Assembly: GCA_041660125.1 (NCBI GenBank)
Contig: JBAZWY010000004.1
Location: 165,630-229,629, forward strand
Length of the DNA stretch: 64,000 bases
Reading direction: 5' to 3'
Source of the DNA: Lentimicrobiaceae bacterium
Lineage (GTDB): Bacteria; Bacteroidota; Bacteroidia; Bacteroidales; UBA4417
Shown here: piece after piece, positions 45,340-55,132 of the stretch
Layout: every line of letters begins with the position of its first letter
Position numbering within the stretch: the stretch's first letter is position 1
Notes under the pieces: generated by a model
Database searches by the model: none
Seen by the model: the letters and a program-made list of their open reading frames with translations, nothing else
Told to the model about the DNA's origin: nothing
Position numbers and translations under genes: made by a program

Positions 45340-46785
45340 TTATTCACTCTTCATCAACCTGATAAACCCTCCAATGCTTATTAATCTCAATATAAAAGCC
45401 CAGATTACTGAAGCGAAACCTGCCGCCAATAAAGCAATGCGCCAATCCCACGCCAAATTCCTTGCAAAAAGATTTATTAAGACTACTCCTGCCGCAAAAA
45501 ACACCAATGTAAAAATATACCTCCAGTTGATGGTAAATTTAAATATTCGCTGGGCAATGGCTACCTGTATAATGGCTGTAGCAAATTGAGTGACCAGGCT
45601 TGCATACGCTGAACCGACAGCCATCAAACGAGGAATGAGGATAAAATTAAGGCTGATATTTATAATCATGCCGGTAAGAGCCATAATATTAAGTGCTTTT
45701 AAACTTCCGTTGGCTGTGAGCAATGTGCCAAAAATATACGTTGCCGAAATCGGGATAAACCCGATGATCAGGAACACGAATACCTTTTGCGCTTCATGAA
45801 CCTGCCCAACATACAGCAATTCCATGATCTGGTTGCTAAAGAAGGAGGAAGTGGTGGCAATGATCATCGAGATCGTAAAAATAATTGTAAACGACAATTT
45901 AACCATCCCTTCCACAGGGGATTTATCTTTAATAAGCCTGGCAAAAATCGGGATAAGAATAACTGAAAAGAGATACGCAATCATATTAACTGCATCCAGC
46001 AACCTGAATGCCTTTGCATAAATATCAACTTGCCCGGTACCAATACCTTTGGGCAGCAAACGTTCGAGCATAACCGAATCGATACGGTTGTAAAACGACA
46101 TGAGCAGCACCAGCAAAGCAAAAGGGAAACTCTGCTTTATAATATGAATAAAAAATTTCGGATCCCATTGCAGGCGTTTAAAAGCTGCTTTTTTCATCAC
46201 GATTAACATGGCGACTAAAGCCGTGAGCAGGTATGCAAGCGTTTGTGCATACACAAACCAAATAATCTGGAAATGCTCGCTGGTTATATGTCCCCATAGC
46301 AACACACTGCATATCAGTATCATTAAAACCCTGTCGAGCACCGAAATAGTGCTGTCGATGGCAAATAATAACAAGCCCGAAATATTGGAGCGCAGGTAGA
46401 GTATAAACGATATAAGAAACTGATTAATTCCAAGGAAAACAAGAAAATAGAAATGCCGTGAATCATAACCGATGATAGCAGCGACACTAAAAATGACTAC
46501 AAAATAAATAACTGCCAAAACCAGGCGAAGTACGGCAATACCCGAGAAATGTTTGTTTAACAGGTGATTGTTTTGGGCTATGTTCCTGTTATTGTAGTTG
46601 GTAATCCCAAAATCGAGAAGAATATTAAAAAGAAATGTGAAATTTAAAATCGTAAAATAGAAACCATATTCACCCGGAGCTGTTATATTCTGTACTGTCC
46701 GGTCGATGCCAAAAATCCAGAAGGGCTTAACCAGGAGATTAAGAAAAAGCAGGAAACCAAGGTTAGTTATAAATTTACGCTTCAT
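45340..46785 (-). CDS. wzx: Wzx-type oligosaccharide/polysaccharide flippase (MOP superfamily)
   Basis: 481 aa, about 12-14 TM helices, typical N-terminus KFITNLGFLLFLNLLVKP. Confidence 0.8.
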   Translation of the reverse strand: MKRKFITNLGFLLFLNLLVKPFWIFGIDRTVQNITAPGEYGFYFTILNFTFLFNILLDFGITNYNNRNIAQNNHLLNKHFSGIAVLRLVLAVIYFVVIFSVAAIIGYDSRHFYFLVFLGINQFLISFILYLRSNISGLLLFAIDSTISVLDRVLMILICSVLLWGHITSEHFQIIWFVYAQTLAYLLTALVAMLIVMKKAAFKRLQWDPKFFIHIIKQSFPFALLVLLMSFYNRIDSVMLERLLPKGIGTGQVDIYAKAFRLLDAVNMIAYLFSVILIPIFARLIKDKSPVEGMVKLSFTIIFTISMIIATTSSFFSNQIMELLYVGQVHEAQKVFVFLIIGFIPISATYIFGTLLTANGSLKALNIMALTGMIINISLNFILIPRLMAVGSAYASLVTQFATAIIQVAIAQRIFKFTINWRYIFTLVFFAAGVVLINLFARNLAWDWRIALLAAGFASVIWAFILRLISIGGFIRLMKSE

Positions 46786-47304
46786 GTTTTAGGCCTGTAA
46801 TGCTGGCAATATTTGAAAAATAAATTTCGTTTGTTCGATTTCCTGATTTATTGTTCACTAAAACTCCATTTCCGTATCCGAATATAGTCTTTGTATTAAG
46901 GGCTGCTGCTATTCCAACTGTACTTCACTGTACTTCATTTTTCTATGACTTTAAACAATTGAATTAAACTTAACCTATAAATCTTCATCTGGTTCTAAAA
47001 CATTCAATCGGTAATTATTCGATATAATTTCACTGCATAAAACAGATTTTATTGGAGAATAAAATTCGGAACTTAAAACAGCCAGATCACTTTAGCATCT
47101 TATAAAGTCGTAGTCTTTATAACTTTCAAAACCCGTATTTGTTGTCCTGAGACTGATTTTTTTATGAATATACTTAGCACATATTATTGTTTGTTTTTAA
47201 AAGATATTCTCCAGAAGGAACTTTAAGTAATGGGAATTAAATAATGTCGTATAATCAGAACATTGCACCCAACCAGTCCCTCTCCGCAGAGAGGGATATA
47301 GGGC

Positions 47305-47459
47305 AATGTCATTTAGTTAAGCATTAACTGATTTAAGAACAAGGATTAACGATTTAAGATTTTAGATGTACATCATTGATTTAGCGAAACTTCGAAAATC
47401 AAAAATCGATGTTCCTTGTTCGATATTCAAAAGAAATATCCTTAACTAAATGACATTGG
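47305..47459. mobile_element. 155-bp MITE-like foldback element with 18-bp perfect terminal inverted repeats and a 10-bp target-site duplication
   Basis: TIRs CAATGTCATTTAGTTAAG (47305-47322) and CTTAACTAAATGACATTG (47442-47459). Flanking direct repeat GGATATAGGG at 47295-47304 and 47460-47469. Internal arms GAACAAGGA / TCCTTGTTC. No ORF. Confidence 0.7.
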
Positions 47460-47659
47460 GATATAGGGAGCGGTCTTAGATCGAAAATAGTACATTTAAT
47501 TGTTCTTTTAACTTAAGGTACAAAGTGAAATTGTAAGTATCGGATCCAGTAGATTTTCTGGTTCAATTTCTCCTCCTGATTGCGACACGGAGGTAGGATT
47601 ATTTTTGAGTCACACATTAAAATACGTATAAATTTAGGTTGATTTCACAATTATTTCAT

Positions 47660-47667
47660 TAGGTTTG
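47660..47667 (+). promoter_or_regulatory. -7 promoter box TAGGTTTG upstream of the glycosyltransferase gene
   Basis: TAnnTTTG match about 36 nt upstream of the TTG start at 47703. Confidence 0.45.
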
Positions 47668-47702
47668 CGTAACTATATTTACACTCACTGAATTCTGCTA
47701 AG

Positions 47703-48827
47703 TTGAAAATTGCTGTAAATACTCGACTTCTATTGACCAGGCGAATGGATGGCATTGGCAGGTTTGCCGATGAAACGTTGCGTATTCTCACGACTCAACA
47801 TCCTGAACATCAGTTTTATTTTTACTTCGACAGAAAATACGACCAGCAGTTTATTTATAATTCGAATGTAAACCCGGTTATAATTTACCCGCAGGCACGA
47901 CATCCTTTTTTGTTCCTTGCCTGGTTCGAAGCATCACTTCCCCTGCATTTTACTCTGACAAAACCCGATATTTTCCTTTCACCCGATGGTTTTCTTTCGC
48001 TGGCATCTGGTGTTAAATCAGTAAATGTTATCCATGACCTAAATTTCGAGCATTACCCGGAAGATATTCCGTTCCTGATGCGCAAATACTATTCTGTCAT
48101 GATGCCGAAATTTGCTCAAAAAGCTTCGCGGATAGCTACTGTTTCCGAATATTCAAAATCCGATATTAGTAGCATGTACCATGTTGATACATCCAAAATT
48201 GACGTGGTGTACAATGGGGCAGGTAGTATCTTCAAACCATTACCCGAAGCAGACCAACAAAAAACCAGGGAAACCTTTTCGCAGGGACATGCATATTTTT
48301 TCTTTATCGGAACGCTGCATCCACGCAAAAACCTGGTGAATCTTTTCAACGCATTCGATCTGTTTAAAAAAGGCGATTCCAAAGGGATAAAACTCGTGCT
48401 TGCCGGTGCACGGATGTGGTGGACCGATGAAATAAGGTTAGCGTATGAAGGAATGGAATACCGTGAAGACGTGATATTTACAGGCCGGATTACCGATCCG
48501 GAACTGGCTTCTTTGATGGCTTCCGCCCTGGCGCTCACCTATGTTTCGTATTTCGAAGGCTTTGGAATTCCAATTCTTGAGGCATTTCATTGCGACACAC
48601 CGGTGATTACTTCAAACATAACTTCCATGCCCGAAATTGCAGGCAATGCTGCCATTTTAACAGACCCGTTTTCCATAAATTCCATTGCTGATGCCATGCA
48701 AAAAATAGCATCGGATACCGGTTTAAGGAAGAAACTGATCGTTGCAGGCCGTGAACAGAGAAAGATGTTTTCGTGGGAACAAACAGCACAGAAATTGTGG
48801 GGATGTATTGAAAAAGCGATGGAATAG
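47703..48827 (+). CDS. Glycosyltransferase family 4 (GT-B, GT1-type C-domain)
   Basis: 374 aa, TTG start. MKIAVNTRLL N-terminus and the EGFGIPILEA motif. Confidence 0.85.
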   Translation: MKIAVNTRLLLTRRMDGIGRFADETLRILTTQHPEHQFYFYFDRKYDQQFIYNSNVNPVIIYPQARHPFLFLAWFEASLPLHFTLTKPDIFLSPDGFLSLASGVKSVNVIHDLNFEHYPEDIPFLMRKYYSVMMPKFAQKASRIATVSEYSKSDISSMYHVDTSKIDVVYNGAGSIFKPLPEADQQKTRETFSQGHAYFFFIGTLHPRKNLVNLFNAFDLFKKGDSKGIKLVLAGARMWWTDEIRLAYEGMEYREDVIFTGRITDPELASLMASALALTYVSYFEGFGIPILEAFHCDTPVITSNITSMPEIAGNAAILTDPFSINSIADAMQKIASDTGLRKKLIVAGREQRKMFSWEQTAQKLWGCIEKAME

Positions 48828-48914
48828 TTGATTTTACAACCAGTTACAAGTTACCAGTGACCAGGAACTTTGAGAATCAATTAATTAATAACGGTAATTC
48901 AAAGATCACAAATC

Positions 48915-49943
48915 TCAGATCACATTCACTTCCATCTCCAATTTTACCCCGAATCGCTCATATACTGAATTCTGAACTCTATGGGCCAGGGTAAGAATAT
49001 TGCTCCCGGTCGCATTTCCATAATTTACAAGAACCAACGCCTGGCTTTGATGTACACCTGCATCGCCTTCGCGGAAACCTTTCCATCCGCATTGCTCTAT
49101 TAACCAGCCGGCTGCAAGTTTAACATTCCCGTCAGCCAGTGGATACGAAACCATTTTGGGAAATGCATCAGCCAGTTTAGAAGCAAATTCCATTTCAACA
49201 GCAGGGTTTTTAAAGAAACTTCCTGCATTCCCGAGCATCTTAGGATCTGGTAATTTACTTTGCCTTATATTACAAACAGCTTTGCTGACATCGGCTATAC
49301 CCGGATTTTCGACTCCCATGGCTGCCAACTCCTGCATAATGGCACCATATTCAATGTGTACAACAGGGTTGAGTTTCAGTGTAAATGTTACCGACCAGAT
49401 CGCCACTTTACCTTTCAGATCATTTTTAAAAATGCTGTCCCTATAACCGAAACGGCAATCTTCCCTTGTAAAAACTTTCAGTTCACCCGTTTGCAAATCA
49501 ATTGCCTCCAGTGAATGAAAACTATCTTTCACTTCAACTCCGTAAGCGCCAATATTCTGAATAGGACAACTCCCGACATTACCGGGAATAAGTGACAGGT
49601 TTTCGAGCCCTCCATAACCCTGGTTCACGCAATGCATGACAAATTCATGCCAGTTTTCACCAGATGAAGCTTTTACCATTAAGGAATCTTCCGTACGGTT
49701 TACTATTTCAATGCCCTTGTTATTTATATGAACAACAATTCCTTTAAAGTTACCCGTGAAAAGCAGGTTACTTCCGCCGCCAAGCAATAACGAAAGATTT
49801 TCGTTTAACTTACCAGAAGCTATCAGATCTCTTAAACTCCCAATACTGCTGACTTCGGTGAAATAGCGGGCTATCGATTCTATATGAAAAGTGTTGAATG
49901 AGTGAAGAGAAACATTTTCTCGTATATCCGGGTATTGTGACAT
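48915..49943 (-). CDS. murB: UDP-N-acetylenolpyruvoylglucosamine reductase
   Basis: 342 aa. FAD-binding region LLLGGGSNLLF and the C-terminal MurB domain GNAGSFFKNP...AGWLIEQCGWKG. Confidence 0.93.
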   Translation of the reverse strand: MSQYPDIRENVSLHSFNTFHIESIARYFTEVSSIGSLRDLIASGKLNENLSLLLGGGSNLLFTGNFKGIVVHINNKGIEIVNRTEDSLMVKASSGENWHEFVMHCVNQGYGGLENLSLIPGNVGSCPIQNIGAYGVEVKDSFHSLEAIDLQTGELKVFTREDCRFGYRDSIFKNDLKGKVAIWSVTFTLKLNPVVHIEYGAIMQELAAMGVENPGIADVSKAVCNIRQSKLPDPKMLGNAGSFFKNPAVEMEFASKLADAFPKMVSYPLADGNVKLAAGWLIEQCGWKGFREGDAGVHQSQALVLVNYGNATGSNILTLAHRVQNSVYERFGVKLEMEVNVI

Positions 49944-50122
49944 AATAAGTTCAGGTAGAATTACTTAATAAAATTATATGAGTTATTGTTCCTATAATTT
50001 CTGTTTTCTCAGAGTACTACAGTTCTCCAATTTTTTGGTAAAAATAATTTATCCATTTCAATATCGGGTATGTTTATTAAAAATTCGTTCGAAAACTTTA
50101 CTTTCGCACTTCAATAGCAGCC

Positions 50123-51244
50123 ATGAAAAAGAAAAGGGCTATCATTTCGGTGATTAACGACCTGGTAACAGACCAGCGTGTGGGCAGAACCGCAAGCGTG
50201 CTGGCTGACCTGGGATTTGAAGTGTTGATGGTCGGACGACGCAAATTCGATAGTCCGCACATGCCTGATAGGGCATACGAAACTTTACGGATGCGGTTGT
50301 TGTGGGAAAAAGGGCCGTTATTTTATGCTGAATTCAACATCAGGCTGTTCTTCCTGCTTCTTTCACGACCTGCTGAGTTGCTGGTGAGTAATGACCTGGA
50401 TACGCTTTTACCTAATTACCTTGTTCATAAATTGAAACGCATTCCTGTTGTGTACGACAGCCACGAGTATTTTACAGCCACACCCGAACTGGTCAACAGG
50501 CCAAAAGTGCAGCGGATATGGAAGTGGATAGAAAAAACAATTGTTCCGAAACTTACCAGTTGTATCACAATAAATGCCAGTATAGCAAATCTTTTTGAAC
50601 AGGAATACCATGTAAAATTCAGGATTGTCAGAAATATTCCACTCAAACGTGACCTTCGGGAAATCCCTTCGCGTAAAGCACTCGGATTGCCTGAAGATAA
50701 AAAAATCATTTTGATGCAAGGCTCAGGAATCAACATTCAACGCGGTGCCGAGGAAGCTGTTGAGGCGATGCAATATATTGATAATGCATTACTTCTGATT
50801 GTTGGCGGAGGCGATGTGCTTCCTTTACTGCAAAACATGGTGAATGAGTTGTCGTTATTCCAAAAGGTAAAGTTCGTTTCCCGGCAATCGCCCGAAAACC
50901 TGGCCGGCTACACTGCCAATGCTGATATCGGGCTTGCCATTGATAAAGACACCAACATAAATTACAGGTATAGCCTTCCTAACAAGCTGTTCGATTATAT
51001 TTATGCCGGGGTGCCGGTGCTTGCAACACCTTTGGTCGAATTGAAAAATATTATTCAGCAATACCATATCGGAGAATTTATTGATAATCATGACCCAAAA
51101 CATATTGCAGCAAAATTAGAAAATATGTTGCAGGATGAATCCCGGTTAGCGTTCTATAAAAGCAACACCCAACTAGCAGCCACTGAATTGAATTGGGAGA
51201 ACGAAAAAAACACCCTTATCGAAATATTCGCTCCTTATGCCTGA
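50123..51244 (+). CDS. Glycosyltransferase family 4
   Basis: 373 aa, GT-B fold pattern. The C-terminal region lacks a clear E(x7)E but has the family-typical LPNKLFDYIYAGVPVL. Confidence 0.75.
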   Translation: MKKKRAIISVINDLVTDQRVGRTASVLADLGFEVLMVGRRKFDSPHMPDRAYETLRMRLLWEKGPLFYAEFNIRLFFLLLSRPAELLVSNDLDTLLPNYLVHKLKRIPVVYDSHEYFTATPELVNRPKVQRIWKWIEKTIVPKLTSCITINASIANLFEQEYHVKFRIVRNIPLKRDLREIPSRKALGLPEDKKIILMQGSGINIQRGAEEAVEAMQYIDNALLLIVGGGDVLPLLQNMVNELSLFQKVKFVSRQSPENLAGYTANADIGLAIDKDTNINYRYSLPNKLFDYIYAGVPVLATPLVELKNIIQQYHIGEFIDNHDPKHIAAKLENMLQDESRLAFYKSNTQLAATELNWENEKNTLIEIFAPYA

Positions 51245-52367
51245 ATATCATTTACATATCGTTTCGTTCAGCATTCCGTTTCCTGCAAACTATGGAGGTG
51301 CGATTGATGTCTTTTACCAATTGAAAGCGTTGCACAAAGCAGGAATAAAAATACACCTGCATTGCTTTCAATACGACAGGCGGGAAGCCCCGGAACTCAA
51401 TTTGTATTGCTCCTCCGTGAATTATTATCCGCGAAAAACCGGATTTATTTCCCATCTTTCGCTTAAACCGTATATTGTTCAAAGCCGGCAGTCGGATATG
51501 CTTTTAAAGAACCTGCTTGCCGATAATTACCCTATACTCTTCGAGGGACTTCACAGCTGTTATTATCTCAATCATAAATCCATACAAGGTCGGACGCTTA
51601 TTTATCGCGAAAGCAACATTGAACATGATTATTATTTCAATTTATATAAATCAGAGAAAAACCTGGGACGAAAAGGCTTTTTCCTGGTTGAAAGTTTAAA
51701 ACTACGTCTTTATCAGAAACAATTAAAACATGCAACTATGATGTTGGTTGTTTCCCAAACTGACCGCGATTACCTTTCAAAGCAATTTCCTGGAAAAGAC
51801 GTTGTGTATTTGCCCTGTTTTCACGGAAACAGCCAGGTGAGATGCAAACCTGGGAAAGGCGAATATGTGCTGTATCACGGTAATTTATCGGTAAGTGAAA
51901 ATCTTCAGGCAGCGGAATACCTGGTTAAAGATATCTTTAATGATTTGAGCGTTCCGCTGAAGATTGCTGGAATGAACCCTCCGGAAACGCTTAAAAAGCT
52001 GATTGCCCGGAATAAGAACATCGAACTTGTCCCGAACCCACCCCAGGCTGAAATGGAAGCATTAATCGCGAATGCCCAGGTTAATATTCTGGTAACCTTC
52101 CAGGAAACCGGGTTAAAGCTTAAGCTACTCAATACGCTTTACAATGGCCGATGGATGCTGGTAAACAGCAAAATGCTGGCTGGCACAGGTCTCGAAAGCC
52201 TTTGTGAAATTACAGATAATGCGGTTGAAATGAAGAAAAAAATAATTTCCCTCTTTAAAACCGGATTTGATCAAAACCAACTAGCTGGAAGAGCCGAATT
52301 ACTTATGCAGCAGTTTTCGGATGATGTGAATGCAAAGAAGGTTATTGGGAAGGTTTTTGGGAGGTAG
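51237..52367 (+). CDS. Glycosyltransferase (GT-B, family 1/4-like)
   Basis: 376 aa. Overlaps the upstream GT by 8 nt (ATGCCTGA), which suggests translational coupling. Confidence 0.7.
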   Translation: MPEYHLHIVSFSIPFPANYGGAIDVFYQLKALHKAGIKIHLHCFQYDRREAPELNLYCSSVNYYPRKTGFISHLSLKPYIVQSRQSDMLLKNLLADNYPILFEGLHSCYYLNHKSIQGRTLIYRESNIEHDYYFNLYKSEKNLGRKGFFLVESLKLRLYQKQLKHATMMLVVSQTDRDYLSKQFPGKDVVYLPCFHGNSQVRCKPGKGEYVLYHGNLSVSENLQAAEYLVKDIFNDLSVPLKIAGMNPPETLKKLIARNKNIELVPNPPQAEMEALIANAQVNILVTFQETGLKLKLLNTLYNGRWMLVNSKMLAGTGLESLCEITDNAVEMKKKIISLFKTGFDQNQLAGRAELLMQQFSDDVNAKKVIGKVFGR

Positions 52368-52370
52368 GTG

Positions 52371-52473
52371 TGGTTACTGGATACTGGTTACTGGCTGCTG
52401 GTTGCTGGTTGCTGGTTACTGGTTATTGGTTATTGGTTATTGGTCACTGGTTACTGGTTACTGGTTACTGGTT
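52371..52473. repeat. Heptamer tandem array TGGTTAC (variants TGGTTGC/TGGTTAT/TGGTCAC), about 14 units
   Basis: Direct observation immediately after the GT stop codon. Confidence 0.92.
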
Positions 52474-52496
52474 TCAACATTAGTTATTATACATTG

Positions 52497-52551
52497 AACA
52501 TCCGAAATCCAACATCCGAAATCCGAAATCCGACATCCAACATCCGACATC
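52497..52551. repeat. Heptamer array ATCCRAM (ATCCGAA/ATCCAAC/ATCCGAC), about 8 units
   Basis: Same unit family as 5381-5429 and 9372-9399. Confidence 0.9.
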
Positions 52552-52559
52552 ATAAAACC

Positions 52560-53261
52560 CTACTCCTCTCCTATTCCGATTAATCCTTCACCAACTTCGA
52601 TCAGTTTTCCTTTTTCACATTTTATGATACGCGAAGGATATTTGCGCAGTAATGCATAATTATGGGTTGCCATAAATACTGCTCTGCCCGATTTTTGGAT
52701 ATCAAAAAGCAATTGCATAATGCCATCCGATGTTTCGGGATCAAGATTGCCTGTAGGCTCATCGGCAAGTAATAATGCCGGGTCATTTATTAATGCGCGT
52801 GCAATGGAAACGCGTTGTTGCTCACCACCCGAAAGCTGATGAGGCATTTTAAATCCTTTAGTGATCAGGCCAACCTTGTCGAGGACTTCGTTCATACGGT
52901 GGCGCATGGCATCCGGATCCTTCCATCCGGTAGCTTTCATTACAAATATCAGGTTGTCGTTTATACTTCTGTCGTTCAAAAGCTGGAAATCCTGGAAAAC
53001 AATCCCAATTTTGCGACGAAGGAACGGAATCTCTTTGTGTTTTAAATCAGGGATACTAAAACCGGCAACTTCAGCTTTTCCTTCGCGCAAAGGTAAATCG
53101 GCGTATAATGTTTTCAACAGGCTGCTTTTACCGGTACCGGTTTTACCTACCAGGTAAACAAACTCACTTTTATGAATACTAAGTGAAACATCCACTAAAA
53201 TGAGGTTATCACGCTGGAAAATAGAAACGCCTTCGAGTGAAATGATGGAATCAATAGCCAT
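52560..53261 (-). CDS. ftsE: Cell-division ABC ATPase FtsE
   Basis: 233 aa. Walker A GKTGTGKSS, signature LSGGEQQR, Walker B LLLADEPTGNLD. FtsE-type length and N-terminus. Confidence 0.85.
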   Translation of the reverse strand: MAIDSIISLEGVSIFQRDNLILVDVSLSIHKSEFVYLVGKTGTGKSSLLKTLYADLPLREGKAEVAGFSIPDLKHKEIPFLRRKIGIVFQDFQLLNDRSINDNLIFVMKATGWKDPDAMRHRMNEVLDKVGLITKGFKMPHQLSGGEQQRVSIARALINDPALLLADEPTGNLDPETSDGIMQLLFDIQKSGRAVFMATHNYALLRKYPSRIIKCEKGKLIEVGEGLIGIGEE

Positions 53262-53756
53262 ATTTAATTTTTAAGTAACTAACTTCATGCAAAATTAACT
53301 TTTTTAGCGACTTAAAGGGAAGTTCAGGCTCTGAAATATCAGAAATGAACTCATCAGTTCAGAAAAAAAAGAATAATCTGAATATAGACTCACTTTGCAA
53401 AAAGTAAATTCAAAAGTGCCATTCTGCAGCAAGCCTCTCTTATTCACTATTCAGTGAAAATCCTGGATTAAAATGATTTCGACACTTTAAGAAAAAATCC
53501 TGCAGAATTATAATATAGATCACCGACATCAAATGCACTCACAAGACCAATATTCAGGTTTTAAAAGTTCCTTATTAGCTTTAACAGGCTAAGTTCTAAA
53601 TAAAACTATTTTGCTGATATATTTAAAATACAGCCTTTTCTTCATAGTTCAAAGCTAAAATTTTACTTTTATCGGTTTCGCTCGTGCGCCTTACTAGTCC
53701 TTCAAAGGATATTTCTTTGTATTTCCTATATCATTAATGGCAAATTCAATTCCTCC

Positions 53757-55010
53757 CTACAAATAATCAGCCTTCTCACCACCACTGTTTAAAAATGGTT
53801 TTATCGCCCGGTTGTAAATTCCATGTACATAGGCAATTGCCATTCCATAATTAGTAACGGGAATACCCGCATCAATCGCGGGTTTCAGGCGGTTCACCAG
53901 TTGGCGGCGTGTAATCATACATCCTCCGCATTGAACCACTAAGGCATAATCATGAATATCGCGGGGAATCTGGTTCAGGCCTGCAACTACTTCATATTCC
54001 AGTTTTTTACCGGTAAAATTGCTTAGCCAGCGAGGGATTTTCACCCTTCCGATATCGTCGCACGAAACATGATGACTGCACGATTCAAGGATCAGGATAC
54101 GGTCGTCGTCTTTCAATTCGCCAATTTTGGGAGTTCCTTTTAAATAATGCTGAAAATCGCCTTTCTGCCGGGCAAGTATAATACTGAAACTTGTTAAAGG
54201 AATTTCGGGAGGAATGGATGCATCCGCTTTCAGAAAAACCTGGCTATCCGTAATTACCAGTTTGGGTTTAGGTTCCATCCGCTTAAAATAGGCATCTACT
54301 TCGCGCTCTTTGCAGATAACAACAACTCCATCATGATCCAGCACATCACGTATAACCTGTACCTGTGGGAGTATCAGCCGACCTTCGGGTGCTTCAATAT
54401 CGATGGGTGTGATAAGCAGAACTGTATCACCATAGGAAATCAGGTCACCAACCAAAGTGCCGGGTTTCCAGGCCGTTTCGGGCAGGAAAATACGCATTTG
54501 ATCCACCAGAGGCTCAATGCTTGACTTATTTAAAACACTGAATTCCAAAACTATAGTATGAAATTCATTTTCAACTTGAAATACCGTCTCAGTTGAAAGT
54601 TGGTTAAGGTCCGATTTGTTGTGGACAACAAAATAAGGAACATCAAATTTGTTGAATTCGCCAATAAGTCCGTTTTCAAATTCTCCTATGGTATTTTCAG
54701 TAATGAGCAGGATCGCCAAATCGATGTTTTTTATCATTTCGCGGCTTCGTGCAATGCGCTTTTCGCCTAACAAGCCTTCATCGTCGATACCAGCTGTATC
54801 AATAAGCACAACAGCGCCGAGGCCACCAATTTCCATATTTTTTGAAACCGGGTCAGTTGTGGTTCCAGGCACATCCGAAACAATGGCTACTTCTTGTCCT
54901 GCCAATACATTGATAAGTGAACTTTTACCAATGTTTCGTTTACCAAAAATCCCGATATGCGGACGGATTTCTTTACCTTTTTTCACTTTTAGAATTGTTA
55001 AATTGAGCAT
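53757..55010 (-). CDS. hydF: [FeFe]-hydrogenase H-cluster maturation GTPase HydF
   Basis: 417 aa. GTPase motifs GKRNIGKSSLIN, DVPGTTTDP, DTAG, NKSD. Collinear with Thermotoga HydF as recalled, including PEGRLILPQVQVIRD, KPKLVITDSQ, the cluster ligands ESCSHH...QCGGC, and IGRVKIPRW. Confidence 0.92.
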   Translation of the reverse strand: MLNLTILKVKKGKEIRPHIGIFGKRNIGKSSLINVLAGQEVAIVSDVPGTTTDPVSKNMEIGGLGAVVLIDTAGIDDEGLLGEKRIARSREMIKNIDLAILLITENTIGEFENGLIGEFNKFDVPYFVVHNKSDLNQLSTETVFQVENEFHTIVLEFSVLNKSSIEPLVDQMRIFLPETAWKPGTLVGDLISYGDTVLLITPIDIEAPEGRLILPQVQVIRDVLDHDGVVVICKEREVDAYFKRMEPKPKLVITDSQVFLKADASIPPEIPLTSFSIILARQKGDFQHYLKGTPKIGELKDDDRILILESCSHHVSCDDIGRVKIPRWLSNFTGKKLEYEVVAGLNQIPRDIHDYALVVQCGGCMITRRQLVNRLKPAIDAGIPVTNYGMAIAYVHGIYNRAIKPFLNSGGEKADYL

Positions 55011-55132
55011 TAAGACTGTATAACAATCTCAAACATAAATGACCTATTCAAAAACCACAGTCTTATTATCTGATTTATTCTATTTATCTAAATAATGACT
55101 ATAAAACCCTCATCCTTCCGGAAAATCAATTA

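Noticed and set aside
52368-52583. 71-aa ORF (MWLLDTGYWLLVAGCWLLV...)
   Set aside because: Translation of the TGGTTAC heptamer array. It overlaps the 3' end of ftsE on the other strand.
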